Positions 29,741 through 39,339 of a DNA stretch of 64,000 bases are shown here, one piece after another. The notes under the pieces are model-generated. The model saw nothing but the letters and a program-made list of their open reading frames with translations. It was not told where the DNA came from and did not search any database. The stretch spans positions 44,312-108,311 of the forward strand of contig CAYXIY010000001.1 of NCBI GenBank assembly GCA_964465475.1, read 5' to 3'. This stretch comes from an uncultured Acidimicrobium sp. (lineage in GTDB: Bacteria > Actinomycetota > Acidimicrobiia > Acidimicrobiales > Ilumatobacteraceae). The position numbers and the translations under genes are program-made. The first letter of the stretch is position 1; every line of letters begins with the position of its first letter.

Positions 29741-30475
29741 TCAGCCGCCGGTCATCTTGGCGAGCGTGCCGAGGTACAGCTTGATCACGTTCGGATCAGC
29801 GAGCAGTTCCCGCCCGGTTCCCGTGTAGGCGTTCCTGCCCTGGTCGAGGACGTAGGCACGATCGGTCACTTGGAGGCAGCGACGCGCATTTTGTTCCACC
29901 ATCAAGATGGCGATTCCCTCGGCGTTGATCTTCTTGCACTGAATGAACACCTCGTCCTGGAGCGCAGGTGAGAGCCCTGCAGATGGCTCATCGAGGAGCA
30001 ATAACTTTGGTTCCATCATCAACGCTCGACCCATCGCCACCATTTGGCGCTCTCCTCCGGACAGCGATCCTGCACGCTGACCGGCTCGGTCACGCAACTT
30101 CGGAAAGAGTGCAGTGACGTAGTCGAAGCGCTCGTTGAACACCTTGGGCTTGAGGAAACAGCCCATCTCGAGGTTTTCGGACACCGTCAAGCTCTGGAAC
30201 ACGTTTTGCGTCTGCGGGACGTATCCGACGCCGCGCTCGACGAGTTCATGTGCCTTTTTGCCCGTGATGTTCTCGCCGTTCAACATGACCGAGCCCGTAC
30301 GTGTGGAGCACTGTCCCAGGATCGCCTTGAGCACCGTCGACTTGCCGGCGCCGTTGGGACCGATCACACCGACGAATTCACCCGCGCGGACCTCAATGTT
30401 GCAGCCGTTCAGAATGTTGACCTCGGGGATGTACCCGGCGACGAGATCCTCGACATGGAGCACGAGACCGCTCAT
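29741..30475 (-). CDS. livF: Branched-chain amino acid ABC transporter ATP-binding protein
   Basis: Walker A GPNGAGKST, signature LSGGERQ. Confidence 0.9.
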   Translation of the reverse strand: MSGLVLHVEDLVAGYIPEVNILNGCNIEVRAGEFVGVIGPNGAGKSTVLKAILGQCSTRTGSVMLNGENITGKKAHELVERGVGYVPQTQNVFQSLTVSENLEMGCFLKPKVFNERFDYVTALFPKLRDRAGQRAGSLSGGERQMVAMGRALMMEPKLLLLDEPSAGLSPALQDEVFIQCKKINAEGIAILMVEQNARRCLQVTDRAYVLDQGRNAYTGTGRELLADPNVIKLYLGTLAKMTGG

Positions 30476-31344
30476 TGGGCATCCTCCAACAACGACTTGC
30501 CCTGGTGGCCCCCGAGATACGCCTCGATCACCGCAGGATTGGCAGAGATCTGGTCCGGAGTGCCCTCGGCAATGATCCGACCCTCGGCCATCACGACGAC
30601 CCAGTCGGAGATGTCATGCACCATGTCCATGTCGTGTTCGACGAACAGGACCGTCATGCCATCGTCGCGCAGTCCACGAATGTGCTCGTTGAGACTTTGC
30701 TTCAGGGCGGGATTGACCCCCGCCATCGGCTCGTCCAGCATGACGAGGCGCGGGTTCGTCATCAAGGCACGCGACATCTCCAGCAACTTTCGCTGACCCC
30801 CGGACAGGGTTCCGGCGTATTCGTTGCGCATGTGATCGAGCTTGAATCGCTTCAGCAACTCGTCCGCGCGCTTCTCGATGATCTCTTCCTGCCTCTTCCA
30901 TCGGAACGGCAGGAGCCCGTTCCACCACCGCTCGCCCACTTGATGGGTTGCGCCGAGTTTCATGTTCTCGATGACCGACATCTTGGTCAGGCTCTTCGTC
31001 AACTGGAACGTTCGGACCATGCCCATGGCGGCCGTCTTGTGGGCGACTACCTTCTCCAGAGCGCGACCGTCGAACATCCACTTGCCTTCGTTCGGCGTGT
31101 CGAATCCCGTGAGCAAGTTGAACAGGGTCGTCTTCCCTGCACCATTGGGTCCGATGAGTGCGGTGATCGACCCGCGTTGCACCTCCAGGTGGTCGACGTC
31201 GACGGCGACCACGCCACCGAAGTTGCGCTTCACACCTTCGGCAATGAGGATCGGATCCGGCTTGGAGACGCCAGGACGGGCCTCAACGCTCGCGAGCGCC
31301 TCCTTGGCGCGGCGGGCCGAATCGGACAAGAAATCAGCGGCCAT
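30472..31344 (-). CDS. livG: Branched-chain amino acid ABC transporter ATP-binding protein
   Basis: Walker A GPNGAGKTT, signature LSGGQRK, LivG-type C-terminal extension. Confidence 0.9.
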   Translation of the reverse strand: MAADFLSDSARRAKEALASVEARPGVSKPDPILIAEGVKRNFGGVVAVDVDHLEVQRGSITALIGPNGAGKTTLFNLLTGFDTPNEGKWMFDGRALEKVVAHKTAAMGMVRTFQLTKSLTKMSVIENMKLGATHQVGERWWNGLLPFRWKRQEEIIEKRADELLKRFKLDHMRNEYAGTLSGGQRKLLEMSRALMTNPRLVMLDEPMAGVNPALKQSLNEHIRGLRDDGMTVLFVEHDMDMVHDISDWVVVMAEGRIIAEGTPDQISANPAVIEAYLGGHQGKSLLEDAQ

Positions 31345-32347
31345 CGAGCGCCATCTCCTTGCGATTCCCGAAGATGCCCTGCGGGCGGAACGTCATGAGC
31401 AACATCAGTCCGAGCCCGATCAGCATGTAGTTCACTGGGCCCACCTGGGATTTTTGCAACAAGCCGAATCCGAAGATGGTGACCGGCTGGTCCTTCGTCA
31501 GTTCGCGCAGGAAGTTGTCAGAGAACACATACAGACCCCAGAACACCATCGGGCCGACGACGGAGCCCCGGACCTTGGCCACTCCGCCGAGCACGAGCGC
31601 GGTCAACACGTAGAACGTGACGTCTCGGCTGTAGTTGTCCGGTTGGACGGATCCGCGGTCGAGCGCAAACACGACACCGGAGAACATGCCGATCACACCA
31701 CCGATGATGAGGCTCTGCATCTTGTAGGAATAGACGTTCTTTCCAAGACTACGGACGGCATCCTCGTCCTCGCGGATCGCCTTGACGACGCGTCCCCACG
31801 GGCTACGCATGAGCAAAAAGACGAGACCGGAGAAGATGCCGACGAGTGCCCATGCGACGATCAACGTCCACAGCGTGTAACCGCTGTATTGGAACGGACG
31901 AATTCCGTAGAGGTGGCCCGGATCAAATGGACTCAGGTTACGGAACGGCGTACTGAACGAATTGATGCCATCGGATCCGCCGAAGTACTCCTTGAAGCGA
32001 ACTGAGCGAACGATCAGACGAACGATCTCGGCGGTCGCGATCGTCACGATCGCCAAGTAGTCCGCGCGCAGACGCAACGTCGGGATGCCCACGAGGATGC
32101 CGAGGACCACCACGTAGATGAGACCAATCACGATCCCCCACCACATCCCCACCCCGAAGTACTGGGACGTCATGCCCAGTCCGTATGCACCGCAGGCCAT
32201 GAATGCGGCCTGACCGAAGTTGAGTAGACCCGTGTAGCCGAACTGGACGTTGAGACCAATTGCAGCCAACGCGAAATATGCAGCGTCCATTCCGATCAGG
32301 GCACTGATTGTGTTCTCGATCACCTTCAACAGATCCATGTCAGCCAA
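31334..32347 (-). CDS. livM: Branched-chain amino acid ABC transporter permease
   Basis: 337 aa polytopic protein of LivM type. Overlaps livG (11 nt) and livH (8 nt). Confidence 0.85.
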   Translation of the reverse strand: MADMDLLKVIENTISALIGMDAAYFALAAIGLNVQFGYTGLLNFGQAAFMACGAYGLGMTSQYFGVGMWWGIVIGLIYVVVLGILVGIPTLRLRADYLAIVTIATAEIVRLIVRSVRFKEYFGGSDGINSFSTPFRNLSPFDPGHLYGIRPFQYSGYTLWTLIVAWALVGIFSGLVFLLMRSPWGRVVKAIREDEDAVRSLGKNVYSYKMQSLIIGGVIGMFSGVVFALDRGSVQPDNYSRDVTFYVLTALVLGGVAKVRGSVVGPMVFWGLYVFSDNFLRELTKDQPVTIFGFGLLQKSQVGPVNYMLIGLGLMLLMTFRPQGIFGNRKEMALDGR

Positions 32348-33653
32348 CCCTCTGCTTCCTGCCGAGGATTCCTTGCGGTCGAACGATGAGCACCACGACC
32401 AGAATCAAGAGGGCTGGTGCGTTCTTCAGCTCAGCCGGCACGACGAGTGAGGCAAGCTCGACGAACAATCCAACGAAGAATCCTCCGACGAGCGCTCCAT
32501 AGGCCGAGCCGAGCCCACCAAGGGTGATTCCCGCGAACATCAAGAAGATGAGACCACTCCCCATCTCGAACCCGACCTGCTCGTCGAGACCACGGAAGAT
32601 CCCACCCAATGCGGCGAGCGCTCCACCAGCGATCCACACGATCCGAATGATGCGCTGCGTGTCGATTCCAGTCGACGAGGCAAGCGTCGTGTTGTCCGAA
32701 ACCGCTCGAATGGCCTTGCCCGTCCGCGATCTCTGGAGGAACGTCGCGACCCCCACCAAGACGAGGAGCGAAATGATCGCGGTCGTCAGGTCACGCATCG
32801 TGATCGAGACCGGTCCGAACTTCTTGGCAACCTGCAAGCTGAAGTCGTCGAGTGGACGCGTGCGACCGCCGAACTGATACAAGTAGAAATTGCGCAGCAT
32901 GATCGACAACCCGACCGAGACCACGAGCTGGGAGATGAGTCCGATGCCACGCTTGCGCAGTCGACCAAAGATCAGCTCGTTGAACAGATAGCCGAACAGT
33001 CCCCCCAGCACCACGACGAGAGGGGCTCCGAGCAACAGAGGTATTCCGAGAATCACGTTGATCCAGAACGCCATCAAACCGCCAAACGTGACCATCTCGC
33101 CGTGCGCAAAGTTCGTGAGTCCAGTAGTGCCGAAGATGAGCGACAGACCCACGGAACAGATGGCGATGATCAAGCCGAGGCGGATGCCGTCCACCGAACG
33201 CTGGAGAATCTTGTCGACAAGCGAGGTCGAACCCGATGCAGATGTCCCGGTGAAGAAGCGCACCAACTTGTCGTTGGTCGTGAATGCATCCTTTTCGATC
33301 GTGGCAGACGACTTTTCCGCGTTGATCAAGTCGACACCGTCGGGCAACGTTGCGACGTCCAGCGTGATCACGTAGGAATCCTTCGCCGGTACCGCCAAGA
33401 CCACCTTGCCGTCCGCACCAGTCTCACCACGAACGACTTCGACCCCACTGGCGTCCGTCACGACGATCGTCACGCCGACGACCGGGCTCCGAGATGTGGT
33501 TCCACCGTCGACTTGCTGATCCTGCACCGACGCAGTAATGGTGAATTCGCTCTCCGCTGCCGACGCCCCGCTTGCGAACGCGCTCATGAATCCAAGGCCG
33601 AGCCCAAGGCACAACAGCCATGCGCGGATTCTCCTGGCCCTGGTTCCCCCCAT
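32340..33653 (-). CDS. livH: Branched-chain amino acid ABC transporter permease with N-terminal signal peptide and an extra secreted domain of about 130 aa
   Basis: The ATG at 33653 gives MGGTRARRIRAWLLCLGLGLGFMSAFASGASA..., then a beta-rich domain and the LivH core (...GLIIAICSVGLSLIFGTTGLTNFAHGE...). The longer track ORF would overlap ctaA and is Arg-rich junk. Confidence 0.8.
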   Translation of the reverse strand: MGGTRARRIRAWLLCLGLGLGFMSAFASGASAAESEFTITASVQDQQVDGGTTSRSPVVGVTIVVTDASGVEVVRGETGADGKVVLAVPAKDSYVITLDVATLPDGVDLINAEKSSATIEKDAFTTNDKLVRFFTGTSASGSTSLVDKILQRSVDGIRLGLIIAICSVGLSLIFGTTGLTNFAHGEMVTFGGLMAFWINVILGIPLLLGAPLVVVLGGLFGYLFNELIFGRLRKRGIGLISQLVVSVGLSIMLRNFYLYQFGGRTRPLDDFSLQVAKKFGPVSITMRDLTTAIISLLVLVGVATFLQRSRTGKAIRAVSDNTTLASSTGIDTQRIIRIVWIAGGALAALGGIFRGLDEQVGFEMGSGLIFLMFAGITLGGLGSAYGALVGGFFVGLFVELASLVVPAELKNAPALLILVVVLIVRPQGILGRKQRVG

Positions 33654-33673
33654 AAGTACGCCCAATCTAGTCG

Positions 33674-34552
33674 TCACACCCTCCGTGGCCCGCCCAGATC
33701 GAGGGCTCGGGCGACGAGGTTGGTGCCGACGATCGTCACCGCAACTGAGCCGGCGATATGCAACGCCACGAGTGCGGCGGGAATGTCGGCGAAATACTGC
33801 ACGTACCCGACGAACCCCTGAGCCAACAGGATGCCAACGGTCGTCGACACCAGCCCATAGAGACCCTGATGTCCACCCTTGCGGACGATCCGAGACAGGA
33901 CGATCAACGACGCAAGTGTGAGCCATACGGCCGCACTGTGAATGCGAACGACCTCTCGGACCTCGAAGCCCAACCGAATTGCGTCTTCATCACCTGCGTG
34001 TGGCCCACTTCCGGTCACGACGGTGCCCGTCACGATGGCAACGGTCGCCGCTACTCCGAACGCCAACGCGGACGTTCTCAGCGTTCGGGTGGTCTGGACA
34101 CGAGGCCCTTCTTCGCCACACTCACGGACCAGGGCCGTAGCAAGGACAACGAGCACGGCGGAGACCAAGAAGTGGACCATGTTCGACCAGGGGTTCAAGC
34201 CGGTCCAGACGACGTATGCGCCGATCACCACTTGGGCCAGTACCCCGACCACCAGTGACGCCGCCAAAACCTTGATCGTCCGCGTCGTCGGCCGCACAAG
34301 AAAGGCCCCAAGGGCAGCCACGATCACCGACGCTGCCACCACTCCGGTCAGGAGGCGGTTCAGCTGCTCGATCGCCGCATGCCAGCTGGACACGTCGACG
34401 AAGCGCTCCTCGTTGCATTCGGGCCAGTCCGAGCAACCCAGCCCGCTGCCGGTCAGGCGTACCCACGAACCGGTCAGAACGATGCCCACCAGGGCCCCTT
34501 GGGCGAAACGGGCTATCCGGCGGTATGCGACCGGACTGACGCGGGGAGACAC
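33674..34552 (-). CDS. ctaA: Heme A synthase (COX15/CtaA)
   Basis: GSGLGCSDWPEC Cys pair and a polytopic fold with conserved His residues. GTG start. Confidence 0.8.
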   Translation of the reverse strand: MSPRVSPVAYRRIARFAQGALVGIVLTGSWVRLTGSGLGCSDWPECNEERFVDVSSWHAAIEQLNRLLTGVVAASVIVAALGAFLVRPTTRTIKVLAASLVVGVLAQVVIGAYVVWTGLNPWSNMVHFLVSAVLVVLATALVRECGEEGPRVQTTRTLRTSALAFGVAATVAIVTGTVVTGSGPHAGDEDAIRLGFEVREVVRIHSAAVWLTLASLIVLSRIVRKGGHQGLYGLVSTTVGILLAQGFVGYVQYFADIPAALVALHIAGSVAVTIVGTNLVARALDLGGPRRV

Positions 34553-34620
34553 CGCCTCAGAGTAGGTCCACGCCCCCTGGCGACCACCGTCAGGCGTCAG
34601 GACCGATCGTAGAGCTCCAT

Positions 34621-34729
34621 TTCACCACTCTGCGTGGTCTTCTCAACATTTTCGGTGAGAAATTGCTCAAGAAGTTCCCCGAGGTGCCGAAACCCATTGC
34701 GGATCTCACACCACGCAAGGGAGCACAAC
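34621..34729 (+). promoter_or_regulatory. Structured 5' leader candidate upstream of the M23 hydrolase gene
   Basis: Mutually exclusive pairings are possible. CCAC (34625..28) can pair with GTGG (34634..37), or TGCGTGGT (34631..38) can pair with ACCACGCA (34710..17), which abuts the SD AAGGGAG. An inner hairpin is formed by TTCTCA (34640..45) and TGAGAA (34656..61). Confidence 0.3.
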
Positions 34730-36052
34730 ATGAAGGCATCAACCATCCGCAAGGCGCTCGTCTCGGGCGTGTCCGTTCTCGGACTCTCCATCCCACTCAG
34801 CGCAGTCGTTACCTTCCAGGCCGCGCCGGCAATGGCCGCATCCGTCGCCCAGTTGCCACAGCGCGGGGATGCCGGCCCAGAGGTCGTCCGCCTGCAGCAG
34901 GCGATCGTGGCCCGTGGCTTCACGATCGTTGGTGGAGTCACCGGTGAATTCAACGGTCAGACCGTCGCAGCCCTCCGCTCCCTCCAGAGGGTTGCGGGCT
35001 TCAAAGCCACTGGTTCGCTCGACGAGCGCACCGCGAAGTTCCTCGGCCTCGTCGACGTGGCGCCGATCGCTGCAAACGCTCTGCCGAGCGTCGGAATGTC
35101 GGGTGACACGGTCTGGTCGTTGCAGCAGGCCCTGATCAACTCTGGCACCCAGGTCAAGGGTGGAGCTGATGGAAAGTTCGGCCTTGCAACCACCATTGCA
35201 CTCGGCAAGTTCCAGTCGGCTCGAGGCCTCAAGGTGACGAAGACCCTCGACGAAGCGACTGCGATCGCCTTGGGACTGCTCCCAGCACCTGCTCCGGCAC
35301 CGACCAAGCAAGTTGCAAAGACGATTGCCCAGACCGTCGTGACGCCACAAGCTGCTCCCGCAGCCCCAACTGCGGCGACCATCACGATTGACACCCTGCC
35401 CGTTCGCGGACAGAAGGGTGATGCCGTCCGAGTCGTTCAGGAGAGCCTGATCGCCGCCGGCGTCGAAGTCAAGGGTGGCGCCGATGGCGTCTTCGGTGTC
35501 GCCACGACGATCTCGATCACCAAGTTCCAGGAAGCTCGTGGTCTTGGACAGACTGGCGCGCTTGACATCAACACCGCGGTTGCGCTTGGTCTCATTCCGT
35601 CGCTCGAGCAGCTTGGTCTCCCCACGTTGAAGGTGTTCCCGATGCAGGGTCGCTGTGGCTTCGTCGACTCGTGGGGTGATGCGCGCTCGGGTGGTCGTTC
35701 GCACGAAGGCACCGACATCACGGGACCAAAGGGTCTCGCCATCTATGCAGTCGTCGACGGTGTCATCACCAAGTCGTACACGGGTGCCGCAAATGGTGGC
35801 AACGCTCTCCGCTTGACTGCAGCTGACGGAACCTACTTCTACTACGCCCACCTCGACTCGTTCGCACCAGGAATCGCTCCCGGCGTTCCGGTTCGTGCGG
35901 GCCAGATCATCGGCTACAACGGAGCGACCGGCAACGCCGGAACCCCGCACCTGCACTTCGAGGTCCACCCCCGTGGAGGCGCAGCGGTGAATCCGTACCC
36001 CATCCTCAAGGCGATCGACGCGTGCTCAGTGACCGAGGTGCTCCCCCAGTAA
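34730..36052 (+). CDS. Secreted peptidoglycan hydrolase: three PG_binding_1 repeats + M23 metallopeptidase
   Basis: Signal peptide MKASTIRKALVSGVSVLGLS...APAMA and M23 motifs HEGTD and PHLHFE. ATG at 34730 with an AAGGGAG RBS. Confidence 0.85.
   Translation: MKASTIRKALVSGVSVLGLSIPLSAVVTFQAAPAMAASVAQLPQRGDAGPEVVRLQQAIVARGFTIVGGVTGEFNGQTVAALRSLQRVAGFKATGSLDERTAKFLGLVDVAPIAANALPSVGMSGDTVWSLQQALINSGTQVKGGADGKFGLATTIALGKFQSARGLKVTKTLDEATAIALGLLPAPAPAPTKQVAKTIAQTVVTPQAAPAAPTAATITIDTLPVRGQKGDAVRVVQESLIAAGVEVKGGADGVFGVATTISITKFQEARGLGQTGALDINTAVALGLIPSLEQLGLPTLKVFPMQGRCGFVDSWGDARSGGRSHEGTDITGPKGLAIYAVVDGVITKSYTGAANGGNALRLTAADGTYFYYAHLDSFAPGIAPGVPVRAGQIIGYNGATGNAGTPHLHFEVHPRGGAAVNPYPILKAIDACSVTEVLPQ
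34853..35593 (+). repeat. Three tandem protein-level PG_binding_1-type repeats of about 66 aa (34853..35050, 35081..35278, 35396..35593)
   Basis: Each repeat reads LPxxGxxGxxVxxLQxxL...GGADGxFGxxTxxAxxxFQxxxGLxxTGxLDxxTAxALGL. A Pro/Ala-rich linker precedes the third repeat. Confidence 0.7.
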
Positions 36053-36069
36053 CTGAAAGCGCCGACGAG

Positions 36070-36125
36070 GGCGCCCGAGTGGTGACGATGTGAGAACCAT
36101 CACCACTCGGGCGCCTTCACTCTTT
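36070..36125. terminator. Terminator hairpin between convergent M23 and phosphatase genes
   Basis: Perfect 16-bp stem GGCGCCCGAGTGGTGA (36070..85) / TCACCACTCGGGCGCC (36100..15), followed by TTCACTCTTTT. Confidence 0.75.
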
Positions 36126-36803
36126 TCAGCGTGTGCGTGACGAATGTTCGATGTGCTCGAGGTCGCTCAGGTTCTCGAGACTGAACGTGTAGCCGTCTCC
36201 GAGACGAATTGCCTTAATGGTCGTGATGCTCGCATGGCCGATGATGAATCGCTCCCACTCCCACGGTGTCGCATTCAAGCCGAGGAGATGACACACGAGC
36301 ACACTGTTGGTTCCTGCGTGAGCGACAAAGGCAATCTTTTCGCCCGGCTTTTCGATGTGCCACACCGGGAGCTCACCTTCGATTCTGTGGATTCCGCGTT
36401 CTGCAAGGAAGTTCGTCGCACCAGCATGGATACGAGCAACGAAGTCCCGAACGGGCTCCCCTCCCTCGAGGCCGTGCCACCGTTCGACGGAGCTCCGTCG
36501 CAACTCGTCCCGATACGCCTTGATGGTCACCTCAGATGGCGCGCCGTGCCATGCCGGTTCGCGAATTTCTTCCAGCCACGGTTCGATCACCTCCGGACGA
36601 CCCTGTCGCGTCAACAATGGCGCAGCGGTCTGACGCGTACGAAGAAGAGGCGAGACATAGACGTGATCCAGATGCTCGCCCGCCAACCTCTCGCCCAGCT
36701 TTTCAGCCTGCGCAAAGCCACGCGACGTCAAGGGAGGGTTGACGATACTGAGGCCATCTTTGACCCATTCGGGTTCAGCGTGTCGAATGAGCAGAAATTC
36801 CAT
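36126..36803 (-). CDS. Histidine phosphatase (phosphoglycerate mutase-like) family protein
   Basis: MEFLLIRHAEPEW (RHxE catalytic box) and a downstream FVAHAGT. ATG at 36803 is preferred; the GTG at 36863 is an alternative start. Confidence 0.75.
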   Translation of the reverse strand: MEFLLIRHAEPEWVKDGLSIVNPPLTSRGFAQAEKLGERLAGEHLDHVYVSPLLRTRQTAAPLLTRQGRPEVIEPWLEEIREPAWHGAPSEVTIKAYRDELRRSSVERWHGLEGGEPVRDFVARIHAGATNFLAERGIHRIEGELPVWHIEKPGEKIAFVAHAGTNSVLVCHLLGLNATPWEWERFIIGHASITTIKAIRLGDGYTFSLENLSDLEHIEHSSRTR

Positions 36804-36850
36804 GCGCGCAAGACTAATCCAGGCTTGCCAAAACTTAGGGTTCTCTGGGC

Positions 36851-37564
36851 TCAGCCGACGCACTTCGCGATCGTCTCAATGACGAACGCCTCGTATTGAT
36901 CTGGAGTTTCAGGAACGTTCGACTCGGCTCGAGATACGAGTGCGACGCCAATGCACGACGCCTGCTCGTCTGTCACAGCCTCCCCGTATTGGTCGGCGAC
37001 ATAGAAGCCGTAGGAACGCAAAGCACTTTCCTCTCCATCGAAGTCCAGCGAGGACTCGATGAACTGGTCTGGGTCGGTGTTCGTGAGCGGTGTCGGAAGC
37101 GTCGTCGCTGACGCGTCGTCCAGTCGTGGAAGCGCCTTCAGCTCGCTTCCGCAGTCAGATGCGAAGAACTCACGGACACTGGCCAACGCCTCGATCACTT
37201 CGTCTCGAGACAGCACTTGGAGCGACTGCCCAACCAAGGGATCCGAGTCTGCGATCGACGTATCCCACGCTATTGCCTGGAGCGCCACGGAAACCTCCGA
37301 GTAGCTCCTCTCGACGATCTCGAGAGGTTTGACGACTTGTTCTGGCGCGACCTCCAGCATCCTGCTCACCGACAGCAGCAACACCGACATGGTGCTCTGG
37401 AGCTGCCTTGGCGACGTGCGCGAAAAGTCGTCGAACGTTGCCGTCGTCGCAACCAGGCTCGACTCGAACTCAGGACCCAGTGCGCACGTTGAGGACGTTG
37501 AAGTCGTCTCTCCACACCCGACGAGCAAGCCCGCAAGGAGGATCGAACCCATCAAGCGTCTCAT
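36851..37564 (-). CDS. Acidic lipoprotein, unknown function
   Basis: MRRLMGSILLAGLLVGC/G lipobox. ATGA overlap with the upstream ABC gene. I recognise no family. Confidence 0.6.
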   Translation of the reverse strand: MRRLMGSILLAGLLVGCGETTSTSSTCALGPEFESSLVATTATFDDFSRTSPRQLQSTMSVLLLSVSRMLEVAPEQVVKPLEIVERSYSEVSVALQAIAWDTSIADSDPLVGQSLQVLSRDEVIEALASVREFFASDCGSELKALPRLDDASATTLPTPLTNTDPDQFIESSLDFDGEESALRSYGFYVADQYGEAVTDEQASCIGVALVSRAESNVPETPDQYEAFVIETIAKCVG

Positions 37565-39339
37565 GAAGACGTCGCATTCAACCATGCTGCGTACATTCGT
37601 GCGTACGGACCGTCTTTGGCGACGAGTTCTTGATGAGATCCTTGTTCCACGATTCGACCGTTTTCAAACATCATGACACGATCGGCACGGGCGGCTGTCG
37701 ACAAACGATGTGCCACTGAGATCGTGGTGCGACCCTGCGAGACGCGTTCGAACGTGCGCGCCATTCTCACTTCCGTTTCGGCATCAACGGAACTCGTGGC
37801 TTCGTCGAGAACCAGAATCGATGGGGATGCGATGAAGGCCCTCGCCAGTGCCACGAGTTGTCGCTCTCCGGCAGACAACGACGAACCACGCTGGCCTACA
37901 GGCGTATCGATTCCACGTTCGAGAGATGCGATCCAGTCGGACAACGACAACTCTTCGAAGGTCGAGAGCACGTCCTGTTTGGTGGCCATCGGATCCGCAA
38001 AGACCAAGTTTTCGGCAATCGTCGAAGCGAACAAGAAGGGTTCCTGGGGCACGACGATCAATCGGGAACGGAGATCGGTGTTTGCCACCTTACGGACGTC
38101 CACACCACCCAGAGCGACGTATCCGCTCTGGGGATCTGCAAGGCGTGAGATGAGCCGAGCGAGGGTGGTCTTTCCCGAACCCGACGGACCGACGAACGCG
38201 ACGTGTTCCCCCGGAGCGATCTCGACGTTCACGTCCCGCAGGACGAGGGCGTCGTCTTCATCACTCGAGCGCGAGCGATAGGAAAACGACACGTTTCGTA
38301 CGGATACACCAAGTTTTCCCTGCGGAAGAAGGACTGGTCGCTCGGGTTCAGGTGGTCCAATCGGAGTGTCGAGGACCCCGATCACGCGTCGCAAGCCTGC
38401 AACCGCGTTCTGCGTCTGGTCGATAGTCTCGGTGAACTCAGCGATTGGCTCGAGGAAGCGATAAGTCAAAAAGACGAAGCCGACGAGTGCTCCGGCGGTG
38501 ATTCCTCCGTCGGCACCAAGAAAGATTCCAGCCCCGATGACGGATGCCACGGTGAACGTGGCGAACACTTCTCCGGACGGAAACAGGATCGCTCCGATCA
38601 CACCGGCTCGGATGTTGGCCTTTGCTCGCGCATAGATTCCAAGCCGCGTTCGAGCGAGGAACTCATCCGTCGCACCATAGGCCTGAATGGTCTCCACACC
38701 CGCGAACATCTCCCCCACCTCAGCAAGGAAGTCGGCATTGCGTTCGCGGCTCTTGGTGTGGGCAGCGACGAGGTGCCGCTGAACGGTACGCAAGACGAAA
38801 ATCAGCGGAGCAGACACGACGAATGCAACGATCGCAAGACGCCAATCGAAGGCGATCATGACAATCGCGACCACCAACATCTGCGATCCGTCGAGCAGCA
38901 ATGCGAGCCCGCCCCAGGAAAAGAACATCGTCAACGTTTCGATGTCGCTTGTCACGCGCGACACGAGGGCACCGCGCTTTTCCTCGTTGTGGTCTGCAAG
39001 GCTCAGCCTGTGAATATGGTCGAAAAGTCGAACACGAATCGAGAACAAACCACGCTCTGCGCGCGTGCCGAGTCGAGCTGTCGCCAGACGCAACGTGAAC
39101 GACGACAGCATCACGGACGCAAACCCGAGCACACACAGCGTGGTGACGAACCCCGTCCGCATCCGACCGTCGACGAAACCGTTGTCGATGATTTGGCGCA
39201 GCAAGATCGGTATGACGAGACGCGATCCAGTTCCGATGAAGGCGAGAACGACCGTGAGCCCAAGACCGTTCCGCAAGTCAGGCGCGATATTCACGCCCTC
39301 GCGAATGACTCGTGTGGACGTGGAAAGGTCGTCGCTCAT
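37561..39339 (-). CDS. ABC exporter, fused permease/ATPase (half transporter)
   Basis: Six-TM N-terminal domain, Walker A GPSGSGKTT, signature LSAGERQ, Walker B ILVLDEATS. Confidence 0.9.
   Translation of the reverse strand: MSDDLSTSTRVIREGVNIAPDLRNGLGLTVVLAFIGTGSRLVIPILLRQIIDNGFVDGRMRTGFVTTLCVLGFASVMLSSFTLRLATARLGTRAERGLFSIRVRLFDHIHRLSLADHNEEKRGALVSRVTSDIETLTMFFSWGGLALLLDGSQMLVVAIVMIAFDWRLAIVAFVVSAPLIFVLRTVQRHLVAAHTKSRERNADFLAEVGEMFAGVETIQAYGATDEFLARTRLGIYARAKANIRAGVIGAILFPSGEVFATFTVASVIGAGIFLGADGGITAGALVGFVFLTYRFLEPIAEFTETIDQTQNAVAGLRRVIGVLDTPIGPPEPERPVLLPQGKLGVSVRNVSFSYRSRSSDEDDALVLRDVNVEIAPGEHVAFVGPSGSGKTTLARLISRLADPQSGYVALGGVDVRKVANTDLRSRLIVVPQEPFLFASTIAENLVFADPMATKQDVLSTFEELSLSDWIASLERGIDTPVGQRGSSLSAGERQLVALARAFIASPSILVLDEATSSVDAETEVRMARTFERVSQGRTTISVAHRLSTAARADRVMMFENGRIVEQGSHQELVAKDGPYARMYAAWLNATSS

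Noticed and set aside
33654-33926. N-terminal extensions of track ORFs. These are livH to 33926, the LLM from 54782, the FAD subunit from 56083, the FeS subunit from 57011, the lactone oxidase to 62637, the MFS to 63662, nagA from 12031, arc to 6837, the ABC gene to 41273, the M23 gene from 34634, and the aminotransferase to 49320.
   Set aside because: The extensions overlap neighbouring genes and are Arg/Ser/Pro-rich without family similarity. In every case an internal ATG or GTG gives a canonical N-terminus, often with ATGA or GTGA coupling or an SD sequence.
34553-34729. Calling the M23 leader a bona fide c-di-AMP (ydaO) riboswitch.
   Set aside because: I see only a loose resemblance to the 3' ACCUCGUAAG-type segment (CUCACACCACGCAAG) and to GGUGA(A)AU. 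The conserved GGGGACCC-type cores are absent. It is kept only as an unclassified structured leader.
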